Positions 33,051-41,396 of a stretch of DNA of 64,000 nt are shown here, one piece after another. Location: positions 64,001-128,000 of the forward strand of contig CBDCQT010000003.1 in assembly GCA_965220745.1 (NCBI GenBank). The letters run 5' to 3'. The notes under the pieces are model-generated. The model was not told where the DNA came from. It was given only the letters and a program-made list of their open reading frames with translations, and made no database searches. Position numbers and translations under genes: made by a program. The DNA is from Alphaproteobacteria bacterium. GTDB lineage: Bacteria > Pseudomonadota > Alphaproteobacteria > UBA828. Position 1 is the stretch's first letter. Each line of letters starts with the position of its first letter.

Positions 33051-33953
33051 TTACAGGCTCTGCACATGCTCCGCCATGCGCCGGCGCATGGCGGCGTCCG
33101 GCATGGGGCCGAATGCGGCCGACTTGTTCTCGCGCACATGATCGACCTGCCTGGTCGCCGGGATGGCGGCCGTGACCGCGGGGTGCGAGATGATGAATTT
33201 CAGCAGGAACTGCGGCCAAGTGGAGACCCCGATCTCGCCGACCCAGCCGGGCAGCGGGTGGCCCGCAAGCCAGTCCGGCAGCCGGCCGCGCTGGAACGGC
33301 CGGTTGCAGATGACCGCGATCCCGCGCTCCAGGGCGAGCGGCAGCAGGCGGCGCTCCACCTCACGGTCCACGATGTTGTAGGTGAGCTGGACGAAATCGG
33401 GCGGGCGGCGAAGCATGACCTCCTCCAGCTCTTCGTGCCGGCGGCCGTGCGAGGTGGTGACGCCGGTGTAGCGCAGCCACCCGGCCGCCTTCATGGCCTC
33501 GAGGGTGTCGAGATTGGCTTCCCAGTCGATCAGGTTGTGGACCTGCAGCAGATCGAAGCGCTCCACTCCCCAACGCCGCGTGGTCTCCGCGATCTGCGCC
33601 GGCCCGTCGGAGGCATCGGTCCAGACCTTGTCGGCGGAGAAGAGGCCCGCCGGATGGCCGAGCGTCGCCAGCGCGTCGCCGATCACCGCCTGCGAGGAGC
33701 CGTACATGGGCGAGGAATCGACGATGCCCCCGCCTTCCTCGAAGAAGGCGGCCATGACGGCGCGGCATTCGGCACGCAGCAACGGATCGTCGCCCACGTT
33801 GAAGGTGATCCAGCTGCCGATCCCGACCGCCGGCACCGGCTCTCCGCTTGCGGGAATGCGCTTGGACAGCGCCTCTCCGGCTGAGGCGCCGAGCGCCGGC
33901 ACCGCAAGCGCTGCGCTTGCTCCCACCAGCACCGCCCGGCGCGTCACGCGCAT
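33051..33953 (-). CDS. Aldo/keto reductase with a Tat-like signal peptide
   Basis: TRRAVL plus hydrophobic stretch; GIGSWITF, DSSPMYG, DLLQVHNL, GVTTSHGRRH, AIPAT. Confidence 0.9.
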   Translation of the reverse strand: MRVTRRAVLVGASAALAVPALGASAGEALSKRIPASGEPVPAVGIGSWITFNVGDDPLLRAECRAVMAAFFEEGGGIVDSSPMYGSSQAVIGDALATLGHPAGLFSADKVWTDASDGPAQIAETTRRWGVERFDLLQVHNLIDWEANLDTLEAMKAAGWLRYTGVTTSHGRRHEELEEVMLRRPPDFVQLTYNIVDREVERRLLPLALERGIAVICNRPFQRGRLPDWLAGHPLPGWVGEIGVSTWPQFLLKFIISHPAVTAAIPATRQVDHVRENKSAAFGPMPDAAMRRRMAEHVQSL

Positions 33954-33976
33954 GGGACGCCCTTTCGCTTCCTCGA

Positions 33977-34846
33977 TCAGAACCGTTGGTCTTGGTCCAG
34001 CTTCGAGACCCAGCCCCTGTAGTTGTGCACCGAGAAGCGCTGATACTCGACCACGTTGTAGAGGTAGGTGCCCTCCTCGATCCGCGCCTCAGCCTGTTCG
34101 TAGCCCTCCTGGGTCACGGGGACGAACTTGATGCGGTCGCCGGGCTGGAACAGCACGATGTCGCCACCGAAGACGTCGAAGCGCTTCTCCGTGTCCCAAA
34201 TCGGCACCGGCGTGCGGCCGAGCAGCTGATAGCCGCCCGGCGTGTTGACCGGGTAGATCGCGCTCGCAGACCCGCCCATGCCAACCGTGCCTTGCGGTGT
34301 CCAGGTGCGGGGCGGGTTGTATTTGGGCACGGTGATCATCGCGCGCGGGTCGAGCGGCTGGAGGAAGGGCAGTCCCGGCCAGAAGCCGAGGGAAGCCACC
34401 CAGTATTCCGAGCTCGAATGCACGCGGACGAGCTGATCGCGATCGGCGAGGCCGTTGAGCCGCGCCACCATGTCCGGGTCGTACTCCTTGGGTGTGATCT
34501 TCTCGCTGTAGTCCTCGATGCAGTCCTTGGTCCAAGGGTCGAGGTACATGGTCTCGAACAGGAAGAGCCGGCTGTCGAGCTCGATATCGTCGGTGGAGCC
34601 CAAGCTCGCGATCAGCGCCTTCAGCTCCTTCACCACGTCGTCGTAGGAAATCTCGCGCGGCTCGTAGTGAACCAGCATCGAGGCGAAGCAGGGCGCGGTC
34701 TCGACGATGCCCTTGGTCTTGTCGGCGACGATGCGCGCCGCCAGCCCTTGAGCGACGAAGTTCAGCTCCAGGTTCATCTCGTTGCCGAACTCGATCAGCA
34801 CGTAGCGGTCGCCGCCGGGGAGGAATTTGGGCTCGTCGTAGATCAT
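33977..34846 (-). CDS. Carboxyltransferase / allophanate hydrolase subunit 1 (PxpB-like) protein
   Basis: GGDRYVLIEFG, GFWPGLPF, PKYNPPRTWTP, YPVNTPGGYQLLGRTP. Confidence 0.85.
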   Translation of the reverse strand: MIYDEPKFLPGGDRYVLIEFGNEMNLELNFVAQGLAARIVADKTKGIVETAPCFASMLVHYEPREISYDDVVKELKALIASLGSTDDIELDSRLFLFETMYLDPWTKDCIEDYSEKITPKEYDPDMVARLNGLADRDQLVRVHSSSEYWVASLGFWPGLPFLQPLDPRAMITVPKYNPPRTWTPQGTVGMGGSASAIYPVNTPGGYQLLGRTPVPIWDTEKRFDVFGGDIVLFQPGDRIKFVPVTQEGYEQAEARIEEGTYLYNVVEYQRFSVHNYRGWVSKLDQDQRF

Positions 34847-34870
34847 GGCGCGGCTCTCTCGGGCGGGCGT

Positions 34871-36232
34871 TCAGGCACCCATCAAATCGGACCGATGCTC
34901 GTCCACGAAGCCGGTGTGGGTGTTCCCGGCGCGGAAGGCATCATGGTCGATCACGCGGCGCAGAAAGTCGATGTTGGTGACGATCCCCTCTATACGGAAT
35001 TCGCCGAGCGCCGTCAGCATCCTGTCGATGGCGGCGCTGCGGTCGTTGCCGTGGGCGACGAGCTTGGCGATCATGGGGTCGTAGAAGGGCGTGATCCGGT
35101 CGCCTTCCGTAACTCCGGTATCGAGGCGGATGCCTGTGCCTGTGGGCGGCGGCGCGAAGCGCTCCAGCAGCCCCGGCGAGGGCAGGAAATTCTTGTCCGG
35201 GTTCTCGGCATAGATGCGGCACTCGATGGCGTGGCCGTCGGGCCCGTCCGCCGGCGCGGCGAGCCCCGACAGGTCCTCGCCCTGCGCAAGCCGGAGCTGC
35301 AGGCCCACCAGGTCGAGCCCCGTGATCATCTCCGTCGCCGGGTGCTCCACCTGGATGCGTGTGTTCATTTCGAGGAAGTAGAACTCGCCGCCCGGCGCCA
35401 GGATGAACTCAACCGTGCCGGCGCCGCGGTAGCGCTCGCGCTCCACCAGTGCCAGCGCCGCGTCCGCCATCCGTGCTCTCAGCGCCGGGTCCACCGCAGG
35501 CGAGGGCGCCTCCTCGACGATCTTCTGGAAACGCCGCTGTACCGAGCACTCGCGCTCCATCAGGTGGAAGCCGCGCCCGTCGCCGTGCCCAAAAACCTGA
35601 ATCTCGACGTGGCGCGGGCGTTGCACCAGCCGCTCCAGGTAGACCGTGCCGTCGCCGAATGCACGCTCCGCCACGGTCTGGGTGGCGGTGACGACGTCCG
35701 CGAGCTTGGCCAGATGGTCCACCTGCCGCATCCCGATACCGCCGCCCCCGGCGGACGCCTTCACCAGCAGCGGGAATCCCACCGCCGCAGCAGCCTCGTC
35801 GAGACCGGAGGGGTCGTCGGCCGCGAGCCGCGCGCTGCCGGGGACGATGGGGAGGCCCGCGTCGCGCGCGATGGTGCGGGCGCGCTCCTTGTCGCCCATG
35901 GCGGCGATGCTCTCCGCCGTGGGCCCGACCCAGACGAGGCCGGCGTCTTCCACAGCGCGGGCGAAGGCCGAGTTCTCGGCGAGGAAGCCGTAGCCCGGAT
36001 GGATCGCATCGGCGCCGCTCTCTCTCGCCGCGGCGATAATCTTGTCGGCGACGAGGTAGCTCTCCTTGGCCGCCGGCGAGCCGATGGGCAGCGCCTCGTC
36101 GGCCTCGGCCACGTGGCGGGCCTCGGCGTCAGCTTCCGAATAGACCGCGACCGTGGCGATGCCGAGCGACCGCGCGCTTCGCATGATCCGGCAGGCGATC
36201 TCGCCCCGGTTCGCAATCAGGAGCTTTTGCAT
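34871..36232 (-). CDS. Biotin carboxylase (stand-alone BC subunit)
   Basis: LIANRGEIA, IHPGYGFLAEN, GGGGIGM, FLEMNTRIQVEH, YDPMIAKL. Confidence 0.95.
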   Translation of the reverse strand: MQKLLIANRGEIACRIMRSARSLGIATVAVYSEADAEARHVAEADEALPIGSPAAKESYLVADKIIAAARESGADAIHPGYGFLAENSAFARAVEDAGLVWVGPTAESIAAMGDKERARTIARDAGLPIVPGSARLAADDPSGLDEAAAAVGFPLLVKASAGGGGIGMRQVDHLAKLADVVTATQTVAERAFGDGTVYLERLVQRPRHVEIQVFGHGDGRGFHLMERECSVQRRFQKIVEEAPSPAVDPALRARMADAALALVERERYRGAGTVEFILAPGGEFYFLEMNTRIQVEHPATEMITGLDLVGLQLRLAQGEDLSGLAAPADGPDGHAIECRIYAENPDKNFLPSPGLLERFAPPPTGTGIRLDTGVTEGDRITPFYDPMIAKLVAHGNDRSAAIDRMLTALGEFRIEGIVTNIDFLRRVIDHDAFRAGNTHTGFVDEHRSDLMGA

Positions 36233-36407
36233 GGGCACCGGGCTCGTGGGTGCCGCGCGGCACGGCTTGCGGCCGCGCTCGACAACCGGGCGAGAGGCTA
36301 CCCGCCCCCTCCGGGCGCCGCAAGCCGAGGCCGGTATTCATGCCCCTACGACCGGGCGGCGTTGTGCGGCATAGTATCGCCCGGCCTCCGCGACAGGGTT
36401 GTACGCG

Positions 36408-38564
36408 ATGCTGGAAAAGGCGCTGATCCCGCAGATTCTCGCCATCGACGCGGGCGGGACGATGACGGACACCTTCCTGATCGATCAGGACGGCAACTTC
36501 GTCGTCGGCTAGGCGCAGACGACGCCGCACGATGAGTCGATCGGCTTCATCCAGTCGGCAAAGGACGCGCTGAACTATTGGGACCTGGGGCTGGACGCGA
36601 GCTTCCCGCACCTCAAGACCGGGATTTATTCCGGCACCGCCATGCTCAACCGCCTGCTGGAGCGCAAGGGGCGCGAGGTCGGTGTGATCGTGAGCGGCGG
36701 CATGGAGGACTATCTCAGGACCGAGCGCGCCATCCAGACCTATCTCGGCTATCCGTTCTCGGACCGCCTGCACGTCATCACGCACCACCACAACGAGCCG
36801 TTGGTCCCGCGCGAGCGCATCCTGGGCGTGCGCGGGCGTATCGACCTCTTCGGCAGGGAGATCATCCCGCTCTACGAAGGCGACGTGCGCGACGCCGTGC
36901 ACAGCCTGATCGATCACGACGTTGCGTCGATCGTCGTCTGCCTGCTGTTCTCCTACAAGAACAAGGACCACGAGCGGCGGGTGCGTGAGATCGGCCAGGA
37001 AGTCATGGCCGAGCGTGGGGTGGCCGAAAAGCCTATCTACCTGTCGAGCGAGCTTTACCCCACGCGCCAGGATTTTCCGCGCCTCAACTCCACCATCATG
37101 GAGGCCTACGCGGCGGAGCCCTCGCGCGAGACGCTGCAGGTGGTTCAGGAGGTCTGCCGGCAGGCGGGCGGCAGGTTCGAGCTTCGGATCATGGCGAGCC
37201 ACGGCGGCACCATCTCCATCAACGCGCGGGAGCTCGCGCGGACCATGATCAGCGGGCCCATCGGCGGGGTCGTGGGAAGCAAGTTCCTGAGCGAGCGGAT
37301 CGACGTGCCCAACATCGCGTGCACCGATATCGGCGGCACCTCCTTCGATATCGCGCTGATCACGGACGGCGAGTTCTCCACCAAACACGCGCCCGACATC
37401 GGCCGAATCCTGCTCAACATGCCGATGGTGCGGATCGATTCCGTGGGCTCGGGCACCGGCTCCTACGTCCGCGTCAACCCGATCACCAACCGCATCGAGA
37501 TCGGGCCGGACAGCGCCGGCGCGATGATCGGCGTCTCCTGGCCGGACGGCGGCGTCGAGACCGTGACCATCACCGATTGCAACATCGTGCTCGGCTACCT
37601 CAATCCTGACTACTTTTTGGGGGGCGACATCACGCTGAGTCGGGAACACGCCATCGACGCCGTGCGCGCGCAGATCGCAGACCCGCTCGGCATCGACGTG
37701 TACCAAGCTGCCGCCGGCGTGCTGGAGCTGTTCGAGGATCAGCTCAAGAACAGCCTGCTCGGCCTGATCCTCGGCAAGGGCTACACGCCGGAGAGCTACA
37801 CGCTGCTCTGCTACGGCGGCGGCGGGCCGCTGCACGTGGCCGGCTACAGCCAGGGCCTCGCCTTCGACGACATCCTCGTGCCGGCCTGGGCGCCCGGCTT
37901 CTCGGCATTCGGCTGCGCCTGCGGCGAGTACGCCTACCGCTACGACAAGACCCTGGACATGGCGCTGCTCCCCGGCGCCGGCGCCGATAAGCGGCGCGCG
38001 GTGGCCGAGGCGATCATCGCCGCTTGGGACGAGCTGAAGGAGCAGGTCAACGCCGAGTTCGAGAAGAGCGGCGTGCGCCCGGAGTCCGTCAGCTACCGGC
38101 CGGCGGCCCGGATGCTCTACTATGGCCAGTTGAACGATCTCGAAGTCCCGGTGGAAGACGGCTACGGATCGAACCTGGAAGAGACGCTGGACGGGCTCTG
38201 CAGCGGCTTCGAGGCGGAGTACGGCAAGATGTACGGCCTCGCCGCCCGCACGCCGCAGTTCGGCTACATGGTCACGGCGGTGGTGATGACCGGGTCCACG
38301 CCTGTGGAGAAGCCGGAGCTGCCGGACGAGGCGGAGGAAGGGCCGGCGCCGCCCGCCGCCGCGCTCAAGGCAGGGCGCAACATCTATGCGGACGGCCAGT
38401 GGGTGCCGGCGCAGATCCTCGATCTGCAGCGACTCAGGCCCGGCAACGTCATCGAGGGGCCGGCCATCGTCGAGTCCCCGGCGTCGACCATGCTGGTGCC
38501 GGCGGGCCGGACGGCACGGCTCGACCGGCACAGCATCTTTCACCTGACGACCGACGCGGCGTAG
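36408..38564 (+). pseudogene. acxA: Acetone carboxylase beta subunit-like (hydantoinase A family), interrupted by one in-frame TAG at codon 35
   Basis: ATG 36408 gives AIDAGGTMTDTFLIDQDGNFVVG-TAG(36510-36512)-AQTTPHDESIG, continuing in frame into the 36642 ORF (SGPIGG, TDIGGTSFD, GPDSAG, YGGGGPLH). Confidence 0.75.
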
Positions 38565-38599
38565 GCCACAGGCCGGTCGGAAGAGCAGCGGAGGCTGAA

Positions 38600-40840
38600 G
38601 TGAGCAACGTCGCACTGGAGCATGACTACGGGATCGGTTGGGGCGGTGCATCGCTCGCCGGGATGCTGGAAGAGAGCGAACGGATCTTCTCGGAGACCGG
38701 CCACTACGGGGGCCTCGACGAGCTCCCGCTCAAGGCTGCCGAGCCCATCCGCTACGAGAAGATGTTCTCGCGTCTGCGCGGCGGCCTGGTGGGCGCGCGC
38801 GAGACGGCGATGAACATCTCGGCGAGCCCGATCGTGCGCGAGGTCGGCGAGCTCTGCTTCGCTCTCTACACGCCGGAAGGCGACGCGATCACGCTCAGCA
38901 CCGGGATCATGGCGCACGTCCACACGATGTCGATGGCGATCAAGCACATGATCCGCTCGGACTACGAGACCAATCCCGGAATCGCGCCCGGCGACATCTT
39001 CGTCAACAACGACCCCCAGCTTGGCGGCGTCCACAACGCCGACGTCATGAATTTCCTGCCCCTCTTCCACGAGGGCGAGATCGTCGGCTGGGCCGCCGGC
39101 GTGGTGCACGAGCTGGACGTGGGCGCCCCGCAGCCGGCCAGCATGCCCATCGGCACCGTAAGCCGCTACGAGGACGGGCTGATCCTGTCGTGCATGAAGG
39201 TGGGGTCCAACGACACGCTCAACCGCGACTACGAGAACCGCATCGAGACCGCGGTGCGGATGCCGTTCTACTGGGTGCTCGACGAGAAATGCCGCATCGC
39301 CGGCTGTCAGATCATCCGGGCGACCGTGGAACGGCTGATCGCGGAAGAGGGCATCGACACCTACAAGCTGTTCATGCGCGAGGTGATCGAGGACGCGCGA
39401 CGCGCCTTCAAGCGCAACCTCACGCAGATGACTGTGCCGGGCATCTACCGCGTGCCCTCCTTCATGGACGTGCCCCATGAGGAGGACAAGGGGCTGATGC
39501 CGGACTACGCCGCCGTCAATTCGATGATGAACTGCCCGCTCTCGCTCACCATCGGGCGGGACGCCTCGTTCCACGTCGATCTCGACGGCGCCAACAAGTG
39601 GGGCTACCACTCGTTCAACTGCACGCCGTCCGGGCTGCAGGGCGGGCTCTGGGTCGTGCTCTCTCAGACGCTCGTGCCCAACGACAAGGTCAATGACGGC
39701 GCCTATCTCGCGACCTCGTTCAACACGCCCTACGGCACCTGGTCCAACCCCGACAACAGGAGCGTTTCCAACACGCTCTCCTGGATATTCCTGATCCCCT
39801 GCTTCACGGGGCTGATCCATGCGCTGAGCCGCGCCTTCACCGCGCGCGGCTACCTGGAGGAGGTACTGGCCGCCTATCCCTTCACCGGCAACATCACGCA
39901 AGGCGGCGGAATCAACCACCACGGCCAGGATGCCGGCTGGTCGAACTTCGAGCATTCGAGCTGCGGTATCTCCGCCCGCTGGGGCTACGACGGCGAGGTC
40001 TCGGGCGCGGCGATGTGGAATCCGGAAGGCGACATGGGCGATGTCGAGGCCTGGGAGCTGACCGAGCCGCTGCTCTATTTCGGCCGCCGCATCCGCCCCA
40101 ATACCGGCGGGCCCGGCAAGCAACGCGGCGGCTCCGGCTGGGAATGCGTGCGCATGCTCTACGGCACCGAGCGGCAGATCCTCTTCCACTGCAACAGCGG
40201 CCATGTCTTCCAGACCTCGGGCCTCTACGGCGGCTATCCGGGCTCCAGCGGCTACCGCCACATGATCACCAACACCGACATGAAGGAGAGGATCGCCCAG
40301 GGCCTGCCCTATCCGGTCGAGGACAAGGATACCGAGGACAGCCAGATCGTGGCCAACGTGGAGGCCGATCACCTGATCGACCGCCGCTGCCATCACTTCC
40401 CGGTATCCCAGAGCGAATACGACCTCTATCTGAGCGTGCTCAACGGCGGTCACGGGTTGGGCGATCCGCTCGACCGCGAGCCGGAGGCCGTCGTCGCCGA
40501 CCTGAACTCGGGCGACGTGCTGCCCCGCTTCGCGCCGACGACCTACGGCGTCGTCGCCGAGCAGGATGCCGACGGGCACTGGGTGCTGGACTTGAGCGCG
40601 ACTGATGCGCTGCGCGCCGACATGCGCAAGCAGCGCCTCGCAGACAGCGTGCCGGTCGAGGAGTGGATGGAAGGCCAGCGCGGCCGCGCGGCCGATCTCG
40701 ACTTCATCGAGCCGGTCGCCAAGGCCTATCGCGAGAGCATCGAGTTGTCGGAGAACTGGGCGGCGCTCTACAAGGATTTCTGGGGCCTGCCGGCGGATTG
40801 GTCCCCGCCCAACGGCGATGCCTCGGGCCGCGAGCACTAG
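38600..40840 (+). CDS. acxB: Acetone carboxylase alpha subunit-like (hydantoinase B family)
   Basis: YEKMFSRLRGGLV, ASPIVRE, HVHTMS, GVHNAD, HELDVG, WNPEGDMGD, GLGDPLDR. Confidence 0.88.
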   Translation: MSNVALEHDYGIGWGGASLAGMLEESERIFSETGHYGGLDELPLKAAEPIRYEKMFSRLRGGLVGARETAMNISASPIVREVGELCFALYTPEGDAITLSTGIMAHVHTMSMAIKHMIRSDYETNPGIAPGDIFVNNDPQLGGVHNADVMNFLPLFHEGEIVGWAAGVVHELDVGAPQPASMPIGTVSRYEDGLILSCMKVGSNDTLNRDYENRIETAVRMPFYWVLDEKCRIAGCQIIRATVERLIAEEGIDTYKLFMREVIEDARRAFKRNLTQMTVPGIYRVPSFMDVPHEEDKGLMPDYAAVNSMMNCPLSLTIGRDASFHVDLDGANKWGYHSFNCTPSGLQGGLWVVLSQTLVPNDKVNDGAYLATSFNTPYGTWSNPDNRSVSNTLSWIFLIPCFTGLIHALSRAFTARGYLEEVLAAYPFTGNITQGGGINHHGQDAGWSNFEHSSCGISARWGYDGEVSGAAMWNPEGDMGDVEAWELTEPLLYFGRRIRPNTGGPGKQRGGSGWECVRMLYGTERQILFHCNSGHVFQTSGLYGGYPGSSGYRHMITNTDMKERIAQGLPYPVEDKDTEDSQIVANVEADHLIDRRCHHFPVSQSEYDLYLSVLNGGHGLGDPLDREPEAVVADLNSGDVLPRFAPTTYGVVAEQDADGHWVLDLSATDALRADMRKQRLADSVPVEEWMEGQRGRAADLDFIEPVAKAYRESIELSENWAALYKDFWGLPADWSPPNGDASGREH

Positions 40841-40856
40841 CTCCGGGAGCGACGCC

Positions 40857-41360
40857 ATGACCGCCTACGACAAGGCCACGATCGAAGAGCTCTACCGCGG
40901 CACGCTGCCCTGGCCGCAGCTCAAGCAGATGATGAGCGCGTTCAAGGACGTGGAGCGTTTCGACACCTTCCTCGCCGTCCTCCAGGAACAGGTGCCCTGG
41001 GACGACCAGGTGCTTCTGCCCCTCGGCCCCAAGCTCTTCATCGTGCTCAAGGATGATGGGTCCATCGTCACCAAGAGCATGAGCGGCCACGAGTTCGGCG
41101 ACTACCGGGAGAACTGGAAGCTCAAGGCGCGCATCGCCGTGCGGGATACCGATGAGAAGATGCAGGAGATTTATCCCAAGTGGATGCACGCCGACCCAGC
41201 GTGGATGGAGCTCCGCGAGTACTACGACCCGCTGGACGGCTCATTGCTGGAGGTGGAGGCGGTGCCGCCGGGCTATCCCATCGTGCACAGCTTCGAGCCC
41301 GACCTCGAAGGCTTCTACACGGAGTGGCTCGGCCGGGAGTTCCCGCCCAAGCGAGCCTGA
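40857..41360 (+). CDS. acxC: Acetone carboxylase gamma subunit-like, cysteine-free
   Basis: GTLPW, KDVERF, GHEFGDYRENWKL, VEAVPPGYP, FEPDLEGFY. Confidence 0.85.
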   Translation: MTAYDKATIEELYRGTLPWPQLKQMMSAFKDVERFDTFLAVLQEQVPWDDQVLLPLGPKLFIVLKDDGSIVTKSMSGHEFGDYRENWKLKARIAVRDTDEKMQEIYPKWMHADPAWMELREYYDPLDGSLLEVEAVPPGYPIVHSFEPDLEGFYTEWLGREFPPKRA

Positions 41361-41396
41361 GCCAGACACATCCCCTGTCTTGCTTGCGGAGGGTTG

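Noticed and set aside
36258-36270. Sigma54-like CGGCACGGCTTGC upstream of acxA
   Set aside because: GG-to-GC spacing is 8 nt, not the required 10.
36510-36512. Genome-wide TAG recoding as the explanation for the acxA amber
   Set aside because: TAG is a normal stop for many clear genes here (ends at 3098, 4211, 6054, 15919, 17385, 38564, 40840).
33848-40858. Very long antisense and alternate-frame ORFs (33848-36535 +, 36129-38651 -, 38540-40858 -) and similar ones across the window
   Set aside because: Shadow ORFs expected from high-GC codon bias opposite well-supported genes; no recognisable motifs.
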